A stretch of 64,000 nucleotides of DNA from an uncultured Candidatus Saccharibacteria bacterium (lineage in GTDB: Bacteria; Patescibacteriota; Minisyncoccia; UBA6257; 2-01-FULL-56-20). The stretch is taken from NCBI GenBank assembly GCA_964456235.1, contig CAYWDX010000001.1, positions 35,074 to 99,073 on the forward strand, written 5' to 3'. The position numbers and the translations under genes are program-made. Below the pieces are notes generated by a model. That model was given only the letters and a program-made list of their open reading frames with translations, did not search any database and had not been told where the DNA came from. This document shows, one piece after another, positions 1-10,226 of the stretch; the stretch's first letter is position 1; each line of letters begins with the position of its first letter.

Positions 1-467
1 GGCGTTGAACGGATGAAAAGATCGCTGTCGCCCTGGCCGATGATGATGAGGCCGCGCGAGCCCATCCGCGCCTTCGCAAAAAAATCGATAAGATCGCGCA
101 GAAGGACTTCGGACTTATTAAGAAAATATTTACTGTCGCCGCTCCGCGACACCTGCCGCGTAATCACCACCTCCTCAAAATCCACCGGGAAAAACTTGTT
201 CCGATTTTCAAAATGGAGGCTGGCATTCGCCATCCCCACGCGGGCTCGTTTCTGCGTGCCGGCGAAAATCAAATCTTCCACTCGCCCGCCCCTCAAATTT
301 TTCGCCTCGCGCTCGCCGAGGAGCCAGCGCAACGCATCAACGATGTTCGATTTGCCGGAACCGTTCGGGCCCACCACCGCGACGATGCCCGCCGGGAATT
401 CCAAAACCGTTTTCCCCGCAAATGATTTGAACCCGTTCAACTCCAGCCGCTTCAGAAAGTGGGACAT
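1..467 (-). CDS. smc: SMC family chromosome segregation ATPase, N-terminal part (runs off the window edge)
   Basis: Not in the ORF track. Manual translation from the ATG at 467 gives MSHFLKRLELNGFKSFAGKTVLEFPAGIVAVVGPNGSGKSNIVDALRWLLGE, the SMC N-terminus with Walker A GPNGSGKSN. It lies next to rnc. Confidence 0.93.
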   Translation of the reverse strand, partial: MSHFLKRLELNGFKSFAGKTVLEFPAGIVAVVGPNGSGKSNIVDALRWLLGEREAKNLRGGRVEDLIFAGTQKRARVGMANASLHFENRNKFFPVDFEEVVITRQVSRSGDSKYFLNKSEVLLRDLIDFFAKARMGSRGLIIIGQGDSDLFIRST

Positions 468-476
468 GGCGCACGA

Positions 477-1202
477 TTATTTTTTACCCGAGGCTCCCGA
501 ACCAGCCGAACCGCCCTGCCCGCTGCTTTTCGCCAGGGCATTTTTTGCCGCCACGAGTTCTGCTTCCTGCTTTGACGCGCCCTCGCCTTCCGCGATCAAT
601 TTGCCTTGAAAATAAACGCCCATCGTGAACACACGCTTATGCGCCGGCCCCTCTTCCGAAAGCATCTTATAGGTAGGCGTTAATTTCATTTTTTCCTGCA
701 CAAATTCCTGAAGTTCGCTCTTCGCGTCCTTGTAGCTGCGCGTGGTCATGACCTCGTCGAGATTCGACATCACGTTTTTCTTCACGAACGGGCGCACCTT
801 TTCCATCCCCTGGTCAAGATACATTCCGCCGATCACCGCTTCGATGGCGTTCGCCAAAATGACTTCGCGTGCCTTGCCCAAATCCTTGCGCTCGCCGCGG
901 GACATCAACATGAAATCTTGCAATCCTAATTTTTCCGCGACCCGCGCGAGAATTTGATAATTGACGAGCGCGGCGCGCAGCACGGTCAGCTTCCCTTCGG
1001 GAAATTTTGGGAATTTTAAAAAAAGCTCCTCGGTCACGATGAGTTCCAGCACGGCGTCTCCCAGATATTCAAGGCGCTCATTGTGCGGGACGCGCGCCGA
1101 CGGCAGTTCATTCAAATAGGATCGGTGCGTGAGCGCTTCGGTCAGTAAATCTTCATCCTTAAATTTGAAGCCGAGCTTTTTTTCGAGTTTTGCGGGGTCC
1201 AT
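477..1202 (-). CDS. rnc: Ribonuclease III
   Basis: HNERLEYLGDAVL signature and a C-terminal dsRBD (DAKSELQE...GEGASKQEAE). Confidence 0.98.
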   Translation of the reverse strand: MDPAKLEKKLGFKFKDEDLLTEALTHRSYLNELPSARVPHNERLEYLGDAVLELIVTEELFLKFPKFPEGKLTVLRAALVNYQILARVAEKLGLQDFMLMSRGERKDLGKAREVILANAIEAVIGGMYLDQGMEKVRPFVKKNVMSNLDEVMTTRSYKDAKSELQEFVQEKMKLTPTYKMLSEEGPAHKRVFTMGVYFQGKLIAEGEGASKQEAELVAAKNALAKSSGQGGSAGSGASGKK

Positions 1203-1211
1203 GCGCGTTGT

Positions 1212-1700
1212 TTAATTCATTGAGTTCGTCGATGGCTTGGTCGCTGATTTTTCTGTCACCGATTTTCCCGTGCTTGATTTCCGCTCGCCCATCTCCCGGT
1301 AGATCGTGCCGAGGACGCCATTCACAAAACGCGCCGCATTCGGGCCGCCATAATTTTTTGCAAGTTCAATCGCTTCGTTGATCGCCACTTTCGGCGGAAC
1401 TTCATCGGGGTCGGCATACAGCAATTCGTAGAGGCCGACGCGCAAAATGTTGCGGTCGATGATCGCGATTTTGTCGAGAGGCCACTCGGGGGCGGCTTTT
1501 ACGATTATATTGTCGATCGCCTTCAGGTGCTCGGCGACGCCCTTCATGATCTTCCAGGCAAATTCCGGCTCGTCGATGCCGGGCGCAAATTCATTGAGAT
1601 TCCGTTCCAAAATGGCGGTGATGTCTTTCTTTCGGCCATAAAAATCCCATTCGTAAAGCGACTGGAGAATGACCGTTCGGATCAAGTGTCGTGTTGCCAT
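1212..1700 (-). CDS. nusB: Transcription antitermination factor NusB
   Basis: IDRNILR...[18 protein letters not shown]...FVNGVL motifs. Confidence 0.97.
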   Translation of the reverse strand: MATRHLIRTVILQSLYEWDFYGRKKDITAILERNLNEFAPGIDEPEFAWKIMKGVAEHLKAIDNIIVKAAPEWPLDKIAIIDRNILRVGLYELLYADPDEVPPKVAINEAIELAKNYGGPNAARFVNGVLGTIYREMGERKSSTGKSVTEKSATKPSTNSMN

Positions 1701-1722
1701 TGGATTGAGGAAGAACTGCTGC

Positions 1723-2565
1723 CTACCTGCTGCCGCGCGCGAACCCTATTTCTTTCCGCATTGGGGGCAAGCGCGATGCGCGAGTTTCGGCGCGCCGCAA
1801 TGCTTGCAAACGAAAAGGCGCTGCTTTTTCATGGCGAGATGCGACCGGCGCCGGCCCACTTTCCCCTTTGAATGATGTTTTACTGGTACGCCTCCCATAT
1901 GGGTTCATCATAAAAAATTTATCAAGAAAGGTCAACCGATGCGCGGGGCTCGGGCCATGTTTTGCGATCGCCGCTCGGTGCAATTTTGTGCCGTATCCTT
2001 TGTGGATTTCGAATCCAAATTTTGGATATTTTTTCGCGAGCCGTTGCATAAACCGATCACGATGAACTTTGGCGATGATTGAGGCTACTTTTACCGCATT
2101 AATCTTTTCGTCACCCTTCACGATAGTTTTCGCGTTTGGAAAACCTATATTTTTGTGATTGCCAAGAAATAATCCTCCATCGAGGAAAACTTTGGTTTTA
2201 CGCTTCAACCCGGCCGATTTTTCCAGCCGGGCGAACGCCCGTGCCGCAGCCAGATTTGCCGCGTTTGAGATATTGTGCCGCTCGATCTGGCGCGGATAAA
2301 CGCGCGCGATCGCACAGATTACTTTCGGCGCGGGCGCCGCATTGCCCTCAATGCCGCCGCGCGCGTCACCGCCCGCGCCGCCATGATTAAGAAAAAATGA
2401 AAGCCACGCCTCGCGCTGCGCCGCGCTCAATTTTTTAGAATCTTTTAATAATCCAAGTTTGTGATTTTTGAACGACGCTTTTGCCGGAAGGAGCGCTGCC
2501 GCGACGACGACGGGTCCCGCGAGCGCGCCGCGACCGACTTCATCGATGCCAACGATCCATTTCAT
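1723..2565 (-). CDS. rnhB: Ribonuclease HII with an apparent C-terminal read-through extension
   Basis: [34 protein letters not shown] and HRLTF motifs. The ORF continues about 64 aa past the usual end. Confidence 0.93.
   Translation of the reverse strand: MKWIVGIDEVGRGALAGPVVVAAALLPAKASFKNHKLGLLKDSKKLSAAQREAWLSFFLNHGGAGGDARGGIEGNAAPAPKVICAIARVYPRQIERHNISNAANLAAARAFARLEKSAGLKRKTKVFLDGGLFLGNHKNIGFPNAKTIVKGDEKINAVKVASIIAKVHRDRFMQRLAKKYPKFGFEIHKGYGTKLHRAAIAKHGPSPAHRLTFLDKFFMMNPYGRRTSKTSFKGESGPAPVASRHEKAAPFRLQALRRAETRASRLPPMRKEIGFARGSR
1746..1898 (-). CDS. rpmF: 50S ribosomal protein L32 (Zn-ribbon type), nested in the 3' extension of the rnhB ORF
   Basis: Manual translation [50 protein letters not shown] (50 aa, below the ORF-track cutoff). 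Has CxxC...CxxC and the HRAC motif, in rpmF-nusB-rnc order. Confidence 0.95.
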   Translation of the reverse strand: MGGVPVKHHSKGKVGRRRSHLAMKKQRLFVCKHCGAPKLAHRACPQCGKK

Positions 2566-2612
2566 GTTGCGAGCGTTCACTAAAAAATTATTTCACGAAT
2601 TTGATCAAAAGA

Positions 2613-2659
2613 AAAAGGCCCGCAGCGACCCGGGTAGGGTTGAGCACTGCGAGCCTTTT
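2613..2659 (-). terminator. Intrinsic terminator of the 2688-3329 cassette (possibly bidirectional)
   Basis: AAAAGGC-CGCAG...CTGCG-A-GCCTTTT inverted repeat, followed on the minus strand by TTTTTCTTTT. Confidence 0.65.
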
Positions 2660-2687
2660 ATTGGAAGCACCCTTTGCTCCCAATCCA

Positions 2688-3329
2688 TTAGAAGAGATTC
2701 TTGAAAGTGCTTCGGACACGCTTGAAACCCTGCACCGCATCGATGGTCGGTCCGCCTGCCACGTAGATGCCGTTTGCCGTGGTTGCGGCGAGGCCGTCAC
2801 CGAAATTTCTGCCGGCGCGAATGCAGAACGTTGGCAGAATCCCCGGACGTGGCGCAAATTCCACTTGCACGCCGGGGGTGAACAGTAGCCCGCTGCTCGA
2901 ATCGGTGTAGCCGCCCGGGAAAGGTCCGCCGTAGTGCGCGTTCACGTGGCTTCGCGTGTAAGCGAACTGTGCGAAGGCGCCGGCGCGAAGCGAGTGATGG
3001 ACCGCGGGTGCCCGCACGATAAAGCCGCCGCCGCCAGACCAGTCGTACTCATTCGCCGTCACCTTCCCAACATCAGGATCATCCGTCGTGTAACCATGGA
3101 CTGCCGACCGGCCGCCGATGAGGTACACGCCGAAGCTCTGCAGCGGGTTCAGTTCAAGGATACCGCTGCCACCGATGGCCACGCCATTCCGGCCGCCGAG
3201 AAAGCCGGCTCGCATGAACGGGATCGCGGTGCTGCTTGGTGGAGTGGTCGTCTGCGCGATCGCAGAAAGGGATGCGAGAACTGCGAAGGTTGCGAGAATC
3301 AAACAGCGCACAAACCGGATGGGCCGCAT
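2688..3329 (-). CDS. Orphan secreted protein with outer-membrane beta-barrel-like character (SD-led cassette)
   Basis: Signal peptide (LILATFAVLASLSAIAQ), Gly/aromatic alternating strands and a C-terminal Phe. GAGGAG lies 7 nt before the ATG at 3329. Confidence 0.7.
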   Translation of the reverse strand: MRPIRFVRCLILATFAVLASLSAIAQTTTPPSSTAIPFMRAGFLGGRNGVAIGGSGILELNPLQSFGVYLIGGRSAVHGYTTDDPDVGKVTANEYDWSGGGGFIVRAPAVHHSLRAGAFAQFAYTRSHVNAHYGGPFPGGYTDSSSGLLFTPGVQVEFAPRPGILPTFCIRAGRNFGDGLAATTANGIYVAGGPTIDAVQGFKRVRSTFKNLF

Positions 3330-3378
3330 AGCTGCTCTCCTCACAGATTAGCGTTCCGATCTTCTAGAACTAAATTCT

Positions 3379-3407
3379 AGTATGCTATAAACCGCCCAAA
3401 TTGCCAA
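3379..3407 (-). promoter_or_regulatory. Sigma70-type promoter of the 2688-3329 cassette
   Basis: TTGGCA-N17-CATACT on the minus strand. Confidence 0.55.
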
Positions 3408-3744
3408 TACTATTCACCGATGCCTGGATGGCCGATTGGATCCAAACGATGGCGAGCCAAAAAGTGATAATGGTGGATGCAATGAGGAGCGTGACGGCGA
3501 TCATGCCGATTTGCTTGGCTTGCGGATCATTTGAACGGATGTATTTCACGCCGGGCCAGCGGGTGATCCCGAGATAAACGATCATTGGCAGGATAATGCT
3601 CAATGCGTAGATCCACGCCTGCGTTCCCGCGGACGTTGAGAGCGGTTCTTCGCGCAGATTTTTCCCGCAGTTTGGGCAAAAATAAAATTCTGATTGAACG
3701 GGCGCGTGGCACACCGGGCAGGCGGGCAAATTATTTTCCGGCAT
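3385..3744 (-). CDS. Zinc-ribbon domain membrane protein
   Basis: CPVC...CPNCG followed by two hydrophobic helices. Confidence 0.8.
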   Translation of the reverse strand: MPENNLPACPVCHAPVQSEFYFCPNCGKNLREEPLSTSAGTQAWIYALSIILPMIVYLGITRWPGVKYIRSNDPQAKQIGMIAVTLLIASTIITFWLAIVWIQSAIQASVNSIGNLGGL

Positions 3745-4321
3745 TGGGAACCTTAAACCATTTATTGGCGGTGAGGTGCCAGCTCGACGGATCGGCCGAC
3801 TGCAATTCGTCCCAAAACTTTTTTGCGGATTCGGTATACAATTTTTCGTCGCGGACTTTGCGGCGCGTGCCCACCCACTTTGCTGGCAGGCCCGATCCCC
3901 GCTCCGCGAGCTCTTTCAGTTCCAAATCGACATCTAAATTATCGGCGTCTTTCACGATTTTGGCTTCAATCGTTTTGCGGTCTTCAAATTCCTGTAAAAT
4001 CTCGGAGCGCAGGTCGTCGAGTATCGTTCCCGCAAAAAGATCTTTCGCCGCCCGCGCTTCGTCCGAGGTAACGTACACCTTTTGCATATAACTATGATCT
4101 GATACGCGCGTTTCCGCGAGATCGTGCACGAGGGCCATCTTAATAATTTTTTCTTCGTTCGTTACGCTTTCCTTGCGCGCGAGCACGAGGGCAAGAAACG
4201 CCACGCGGAAGCTGTGCTCCGGATCGCTCGCACACTCCATGGCAAGGTGCTGCTTCCAGCCCCGTTCCATGTTGCGGAGCGTGCCAATCTCAAAAAGAAA
4301 CTCAATATCCCGTTCGTACAT
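3731..4321 (-). CDS. HD-domain phosphohydrolase (YfbR/HDDC2-like)
   Basis: R.GW, EHSFRVA, MALVHDLAE and VKDADNLD motifs. Confidence 0.9.
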   Translation of the reverse strand: MYERDIEFLFEIGTLRNMERGWKQHLAMECASDPEHSFRVAFLALVLARKESVTNEEKIIKMALVHDLAETRVSDHSYMQKVYVTSDEARAAKDLFAGTILDDLRSEILQEFEDRKTIEAKIVKDADNLDVDLELKELAERGSGLPAKWVGTRRKVRDEKLYTESAKKFWDELQSADPSSWHLTANKWFKVPNAGK

Positions 4322-4345
4322 GGGATCAGTATAGCAAAAGAATTA

Positions 4346-4400
4346 TCGTGCCCCCGTGAGGATTCGAACCTGGGACCATCTCCTTACGATTGGGAGCGAG
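4346..4400 (-). pseudogene. Degenerate tRNA 3' half (tRNA-Lys-like relic)
   Basis: Minus strand GCTCCCAATCGTAAGGAGATGGTCCCAGGTTCGAATCCTCACGGGGGCA resembles the 3' half of the adjacent tRNA-Lys. No D-arm or 5' acceptor strand, and the T-stem is only partly paired. Confidence 0.55.
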
Positions 4401-4418
4401 GCGAAAATAAATGCCTCT

Positions 4419-4494
4419 TGGTGCCTCCTGCAGGGATCGAACCTGCGACCATCTCCTTAAAAGGGAGCTGCTCTACCAACTGAGCTAAGGAGGC
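4419..4494 (-). tRNA. tRNA-Lys(UUU)
   Basis: GCCTCCTTAGCTCAGTTGGTAGAGCAGCTCC-CTTTTAA-GGAGATGGTCGCAGGTTCGATCCCTGCAGGAGGCACCA, a cloverleaf with encoded CCA. Confidence 0.96.
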
Positions 4495-4587
4495 TTCGCG
4501 GATTATTGTACGGAAAAATCACCGAAGATTCAAGCGTGCACGGCAAAGTTTAATCAGTTTTTAATGTCTGGTGAGTATACTGCGTCC

Positions 4588-5211
4588 ATGGACCGCCCTA
4601 AAAATTATGCGGCTGTTTTTGTGATCCTTCTCCTTGGCACTTACCTCTATTATTTGCAATATCACGATAGCGGCGGCTTGGTCATGAATGAAAATTCGCA
4701 AGTGCTTGCACTACTCGCAGCTGCCGCAAAAAATTTGGTGATTACGCGGCGGACGCAAACGCGATCGTGTGGGATCAACGGCCCGCTCCCGGATCCACAA
4801 TGCACGCCCGGTGCAATTTTTCCGAACGCGATCCCTCAAAAAATTTGCCAGTCCGGATATTCAAAAAGCGTACGGAGCGTTTCGGCAAAAACTAAAAAAC
4901 TTGTGTATGCGGAGTATGGCATCACCTACCCGCAACCGACGGGTGGTTATGAAGCTGACCACCTGATCCCCCTCGAACTCGGGGGCAGCAACGACATCGC
5001 AAATCTTTTTCCAGAGGCGGCGAAACCGGCGCCAGGATTTCACGAGAAGGATTTGGTCGAAAATTATCTGCACGATGAAGTGTGCGCCGGGAAGATAAAT
5101 CTCAGCGCGGCACAAAAACAAATCGCGCATGACTGGCTTGCCGTTTACAACCTCCTCACGCCCGATGAAATCGCAGCGCTCAAAGCGCAAAAGGCGAGGT
5201 GGGGCGATTAG
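4588..5211 (+). CDS. Membrane-anchored/secreted HNH-type nuclease
   Basis: N-terminal TM helix and a YEADHLIPLELGGSNDIANL HNH-like motif with CTPGA and EVCAG. TATACT 6 nt before the ATG at 4588 supports this start. Confidence 0.75.
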   Translation: MDRPKNYAAVFVILLLGTYLYYLQYHDSGGLVMNENSQVLALLAAAAKNLVITRRTQTRSCGINGPLPDPQCTPGAIFPNAIPQKICQSGYSKSVRSVSAKTKKLVYAEYGITYPQPTGGYEADHLIPLELGGSNDIANLFPEAAKPAPGFHEKDLVENYLHDEVCAGKINLSAAQKQIAHDWLAVYNLLTPDEIAALKAQKARWGD

Positions 5212-5234
5212 CTTGGCGAAGCCGATGACGCAGA

Positions 5235-5660
5235 TTAGTGCTTTTCAAATACCGCGAGTCCCTTCCTCTTTTTATATCCGCACCTTGCCGCAAAGCCGAA
5301 ATTTCTGGGCGCGGTTTCAAAATAGATTGCCGTTCCCCTTACGAGCGATTCAATTTCCCGCATCATGGCGAAGCCCACGCCCGCCCGTTGGTATTCGGGT
5401 GCCACGATCATATCGAGAATCTTTGTATCGATCGCATGATCGGTGAGGGCACGCGCGATGCCGATCAGTTCGCCCGCGCCATTTCGCGCCGAGACCACGA
5501 TGTCGCAATTCGCAAGCGATTTTTTCATTCGCGCGGCGGAATATTTTTTAGCGGTTCCCCATCCGAGCTCGATATACAAGTCGGCGGCTTCACTGGGAGA
5601 AACCGATTTACGGTTGGCGGAGATAAAAAATGGATCGGTGATGTTTTTGGAAACGGGCAT
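5235..5660 (-). CDS. GNAT family N-acetyltransferase
   Basis: IGIARA...DMIVAPEYQRAGVG acetyl-CoA motif. TATAAT lies 6 nt before the ATG at 5660. Confidence 0.88.
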   Translation of the reverse strand: MPVSKNITDPFFISANRKSVSPSEAADLYIELGWGTAKKYSAARMKKSLANCDIVVSARNGAGELIGIARALTDHAIDTKILDMIVAPEYQRAGVGFAMMREIESLVRGTAIYFETAPRNFGFAARCGYKKRKGLAVFEKH

Positions 5661-5676
5661 GCGCCCATTATACCGG

Positions 5677-6780
5677 CTATTCGCTTTCGCCTGCCAATTC
5701 TTCCAAAATCTTCTTCGCCCGTGCGCCCAATTTTTTTGGCGTTTTGACGATAAAATCAACGTAGAGCTCGCCACGGCCGTTCGTTCCAAAATTCGGCATC
5801 CCCTCGTTCGGAATGCGGAGGTTTCCTTTCAAATTGAATCCGGCCGGAATTTCGACAGAAATTTTTCCGCCCGAGATGGTCGGCACTTCTAATTTTCTGC
5901 CGAGCAAGAGGTCGATGAGTTTCACTTCGCGCGTCACAATAAGATTGCTGCCTTCGCGCAGGAATGTTTGATGCGGTTTGATCGAAACCCGCAGATAAAG
6001 ATCGCCCGCCGCCGTGCCGCGCTCGCCCGCCTCGCCCATGCCCTTGATTTTGATGAGCTGGCCGTCGGCAATGCCGGGCAGAATGTCGACTTTCACATCC
6101 CGGTTTGCATCCACGCGTCCCACGCCCCTGCACGTTCCACAAGCTTTCTTCGGAATCTCGCCGGCGCCATGGCATTTTTCGCACGCCTTCACCTGGGCAA
6201 AATTCCCGAAAAAGGTGCGCTTCTGTTCGCGGACTTCGCCCCGGCCGTCGCACGTCCCACATTTTTCAAAACCACTTCCCGCCTCCGCGCCCTTCCCGCC
6301 GCATTTTTCACAGGCGACGAGCGTGCGCAAGCGGAATGTTTTCGTGACGCCGCGGAATGCTTCTTCTAACGTAATTTCTTCGCGCAATTCTAAATCGGCG
6401 CCGCGTTCATACGTTTTGCGCCGCGGGCGCATGCCGATGCCTTCGAAAAATGATTCGAAAACGTCGCCGAGGTCACCCATGTCGCCGAAACCCTGCGACG
6501 GATCGAAACCAAAACCCTCAAAGCCGGCACCATTGCCGAACCCGCCGAATCCTCCAAAGCCATTGGAACCGGACTCGGCGTTTCCGAAACGGTCATAGTG
6601 GGTGCGCCGCGCCTTATCCGAAAGGACTTGGTACGCCTCGTTAATTTCCTTGAACTTCGCCTCATTCCCGCCCGGTTTATCCGGGTGGTATTGGTGCGCG
6701 AGCTTTCGATAGGCCTTCTTTATTTCGTCGTCCGTGGCCGATTTGGTTACGCCGAGTATGTGGTAATAATCTTTTGCCAT
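5677..6780 (-). CDS. dnaJ: Chaperone DnaJ
   Basis: J-domain HPD, G/F-rich region and four CxxCxGxG repeats. Confidence 0.98.
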   Translation of the reverse strand: MAKDYYHILGVTKSATDDEIKKAYRKLAHQYHPDKPGGNEAKFKEINEAYQVLSDKARRTHYDRFGNAESGSNGFGGFGGFGNGAGFEGFGFDPSQGFGDMGDLGDVFESFFEGIGMRPRRKTYERGADLELREEITLEEAFRGVTKTFRLRTLVACEKCGGKGAEAGSGFEKCGTCDGRGEVREQKRTFFGNFAQVKACEKCHGAGEIPKKACGTCRGVGRVDANRDVKVDILPGIADGQLIKIKGMGEAGERGTAAGDLYLRVSIKPHQTFLREGSNLIVTREVKLIDLLLGRKLEVPTISGGKISVEIPAGFNLKGNLRIPNEGMPNFGTNGRGELYVDFIVKTPKKLGARAKKILEELAGESE

Positions 6781-6857
6781 CGTGGTATATAGTACACCGC
6801 TAAGATTAAAAAACAATTAATGCCGACTTGACATCATGAAGAACGGCCGCGGGCGGC

Positions 6858-7883
6858 CTAATACTGCACCGTCTCTTTCGTCTGCGGCACGCCTTCAATG
6901 CGCATAAAGCCGGTCGCGAGCAATCCTTCGTAGACGAGGAGCAACAGTAACTGCACGAAGAACACGAACAAGTATCCAACGAAACGGAACACGAGGAAGA
7001 GCACGACGACCCAAATGACCACAAACTGGTTTGGAAATTTGTCTTGCCATCCCGCAAGCGTCGCCACGATATAGTCGTAAGCGATGTCGCTCATCGGCGT
7101 CGTCGGCGAGGGCGCAACGCCGGTTGATTCCTTCACGCTGGCCGAAAATTGCGCGACCGCCTGGTTGAGCGCCTGATCCTGTGCCGAGGCCGGCAACGCT
7201 GCGAACGATGGGTTGTTTTCAAATTCCGCTCTCGCAAATCCCTTCGCGAAATCCCCAAACGTGCCGTTCAGCGTGAGGTTGGGATAGGCGTTGTCGAAAA
7301 CATTCGCAGACCAAGCGAACAACGTTCGGAAGCTGGAGCGCGGGATGAAGATTCCTTTTCCCTGGGCCTGGGGCGCATAGACGATCAAGAAAAATAAAAT
7401 GGCGCCGCTGGCGATTTTTCCAATGGCCCCGCGCGTTGCTTTGAAGAAATGGATTTCCACTTCGTTCTGCACTTCAAACCGCCCCTCGAGATATCCCCAT
7501 AACAGCAACGCAACAAGGATTCCGCCCACGACGAGCACCACCGGGATCGCATCATAAAATGCGAACGCGATCACCATCGCAACGCTCTCGCCGACGATGA
7601 TCCCGGTGCGTCGCCAGACACTTTTTTCGAGGAACATCTGGAGGCCCGAGGTAAGCGAGAAAATAACGAGGCCGATGAGGATGTACCACGGCGACGCACC
7701 GACCGTCAGGTAGCGGAAGTAGGAGTAGCCAAAGAAAAGGGCTGCGGCGACGCCGAGGCAATCCAAGACGAGGGCGCGCCAGAAGCCCGGCGGCTCGCTC
7801 GAAAGTTCTGCTTTCGTGAGATTAACTAGATTTTGGCCCTGGGGCTGCTGGTTCGTCAGGGCTGCCGGGTTCAGTTCCGCCAT
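6858..7883 (-). CDS. Multi-pass membrane hypothetical protein overlapping the dnaK 3' end
   Basis: About 6 hydrophobic segments. Start at 7883 chosen because TATAAT lies 7 nt upstream. Confidence 0.75.
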   Translation of the reverse strand: MAELNPAALTNQQPQGQNLVNLTKAELSSEPPGFWRALVLDCLGVAAALFFGYSYFRYLTVGASPWYILIGLVIFSLTSGLQMFLEKSVWRRTGIIVGESVAMVIAFAFYDAIPVVLVVGGILVALLLWGYLEGRFEVQNEVEIHFFKATRGAIGKIASGAILFFLIVYAPQAQGKGIFIPRSSFRTLFAWSANVFDNAYPNLTLNGTFGDFAKGFARAEFENNPSFAALPASAQDQALNQAVAQFSASVKESTGVAPSPTTPMSDIAYDYIVATLAGWQDKFPNQFVVIWVVVLFLVFRFVGYLFVFFVQLLLLLVYEGLLATGFMRIEGVPQTKETVQY

Positions 7884-9702
7884 TCCCTTTATTATAGAAC
7901 GCCTGGCCGATTTTTTGAATCTCCGCGGAGAGGGCGCTCGTTGCATCCTGGATCGCGGCGAGATCCTCCCCGTCTTTCGCCTTTTTGAGAGCTTCCAATT
8001 TTTCCGTCACGGTCGTTTTTACATCAGCCGGAACCTTGTCTCCCCCATCCTTCAACGCCTTTTCGCTCGTGTAGATGAGCGACTCCGCCTGGTTACGCGC
8101 TTCAATCACCTCCTTGTGCTTCGCGTCTTCGGCCGCGTGCTCGGCTGCATCTTTTTTCATTTTTTCAATGTCTGCTTTCGAAAGATTGGTGGAGGCCTCG
8201 ATCTTCACCGATTGCGTTTTGCCCGTACCTTTATCTTTTGCGGATACATTCAGGATGCCGTTCGCATCAATATCAAAACTCACTTCCACCTGCGGCATGC
8301 CGCGCGGGGCCGGCGGAATTCCATCGAGAATGAAATTTGCGAGCGTCTTATTATCTTTTGCCATCGGCCGTTCGCCTTGGAGCACATGGACCTCGACCGA
8401 GGTCTGGTTGTCGGCTGCCGTGCTGAAAACCTGCGTCTTCGCCGTCGGCACGGTCGTGTTCTTTTGGATCATGGGCGTCGCGACGCCGCCGAGCGTCTCA
8501 ATGCTCAAGGTGAGCGGCGTCACATCGAGGAGCAGAATATCTTTCACGTCTCCCTGTAAAATTCCTGCCTGCACTGCGGCGCCAACCGCGACCACCTCAT
8601 CCGGGTTGATGCCCTGATGCGGATCTTTCCCGAAAAGTTTTTTCACCGCTTCCTGCATCGCCGGCATGCGCGTTTGGCCGCCGACCAAAATGACTTCGTT
8701 GATTTCGGAGAGCTGGAACCCAGCGCCTTTCGGTGCGGTCGCAGTCACTGTTTCTTTCGTGAGCGCGATCGAGCGCTCGATGTATTCCCCGACGAGCGAC
8801 TCGAGTTTTGCGCGCGTGATTTTCATGACGAAATGTTTTGGCCCGTCGGTGCCAGAGGTGATATAGGGCAAATTCACTTCGGTTTCCATCGCCGTTGAAA
8901 GTTCGTGCTTGGCTTTTTCTGCGGCTTCCTTCAAGCGCTGGAGCGCAAGCGGATCTTTCGAAACATCAACACCCTCTTGCTTTTTGTATTCCTCAACAAG
9001 ATACTGCTGGATCTTTTTGTCGAAGTCGTCGCCGCCGAGGTGCGTGTCGCCGCCCGTCGCCTTCGCTTCAACCGTGTCATCGCCCACCTCGAGTACCGAG
9101 ATGTCGAAGGTTCCGCCACCGAAGTCGTAGACGACAATTTTTTCACTTTTTTGCTTATTGAGGCCGTAGGCAAGCGCGGCCGCCGTCGGTTCGTTGATAA
9201 TGCGCCGCACCTTGAGACCCGCGATCTCGCCCGCATTTTTCGTCGCCTGGCGCTGCGAGTCGTCGAAATATGCCGGCACCGTGATCACCGCCTCTTCCAC
9301 TTTTTCGCCGAGCTTCGCCTCGGCGTCCGCCTTCAACTTGCCAAGAATAAATGCAGAAATCTCTTCGGGCGAATACCACCGGTCGCCCATTTTGACTTCG
9401 ACGCCGCCCGCCGCGTTCGCTTGAATATCATAAGGAAGCCACGCCTTGTCACGCGCCACCTCCTCGTCGGTAAACTTGCGGCCGATAAGGCGCTTCACTG
9501 AAAAGATGGTGTTTTTTGGATTCGTGACCGACTGGCGCTTCGCGAGCAATCCCACCAAGCGCTCGCCATTCTTTGAGATCGCCGCAATCGAAGGCGTCGT
9601 GCGATTGCCCTCCGTGTTTTCCAAGATGCGCGGTTCGCCGCCTTCGGTGACCGCAACCGCCGAGTTTGTCGTACCCAAGTCAATCCCTAAAATTTTTGCC
9701 AT
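7822..9702 (-). CDS. dnaK: Chaperone DnaK
   Basis: [15 protein letters not shown] and DFGGGTFD motifs. Confidence 0.99.
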   Translation of the reverse strand: MAKILGIDLGTTNSAVAVTEGGEPRILENTEGNRTTPSIAAISKNGERLVGLLAKRQSVTNPKNTIFSVKRLIGRKFTDEEVARDKAWLPYDIQANAAGGVEVKMGDRWYSPEEISAFILGKLKADAEAKLGEKVEEAVITVPAYFDDSQRQATKNAGEIAGLKVRRIINEPTAAALAYGLNKQKSEKIVVYDFGGGTFDISVLEVGDDTVEAKATGGDTHLGGDDFDKKIQQYLVEEYKKQEGVDVSKDPLALQRLKEAAEKAKHELSTAMETEVNLPYITSGTDGPKHFVMKITRAKLESLVGEYIERSIALTKETVTATAPKGAGFQLSEINEVILVGGQTRMPAMQEAVKKLFGKDPHQGINPDEVVAVGAAVQAGILQGDVKDILLLDVTPLTLSIETLGGVATPMIQKNTTVPTAKTQVFSTAADNQTSVEVHVLQGERPMAKDNKTLANFILDGIPPAPRGMPQVEVSFDIDANGILNVSAKDKGTGKTQSVKIEASTNLSKADIEKMKKDAAEHAAEDAKHKEVIEARNQAESLIYTSEKALKDGGDKVPADVKTTVTEKLEALKKAKDGEDLAAIQDATSALSAEIQKIGQAFYNKGNGGTEPGSPDEPAAPGPKSS

Positions 9703-9723
9703 GTTTTAATAAATTTTTAATGT

Positions 9724-10200
9724 TTATTTTTGCTTACTCACGATAACCCGCGCCGCCCGCAATACTTTTTCGTGGAGTTTGTATCCTGGCTCCACCACTT
9801 CCACGATTGATCCAGGCGGGGCCGATGCTGATTCCACTTCGGTGAGCGCTTCGGCGGTATTCGGGTCAAACGGATCGCCTGGCTTCATGTCTATTTTTTG
9901 CAGCCCTCGCTTTTTCAAAATATCTTCGATCTGCGTGCGGATGAGATACACCCCCTTCTCCACCGGCCCCGCTTTTTCGAGCGATCGAAGGCCGAGGTCA
10001 AAATTGTCGAGTACGGTGATTAAATCTTTAATGAGATCTTCGCTCCCGAACCGCGCGACTTCTTGCAAGTGTTCATATTCCTCTTTCCGATAGTTGATAA
10101 AGTCGGCTTTCGCGCGCTGCCAGCCAGCCAAGTATTCGTCGCGCTGCTTCTCGGCGGCGGCGAGTTGCGACTCTTCTTCTTTTTTTATCTCATCGGGCAT
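9724..10200 (-). CDS. grpE: Nucleotide exchange factor GrpE
   Basis: QRAKADFINYRK, FDPN and GYKLHEKVLRAARV motifs, in operon context. Confidence 0.96.
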   Translation of the reverse strand: MPDEIKKEEESQLAAAEKQRDEYLAGWQRAKADFINYRKEEYEHLQEVARFGSEDLIKDLITVLDNFDLGLRSLEKAGPVEKGVYLIRTQIEDILKKRGLQKIDMKPGDPFDPNTAEALTEVESASAPPGSIVEVVEPGYKLHEKVLRAARVIVSKQK

Positions 10201-10226
10201 ATTTTTTTTCTTTAATAAATCTTTAA

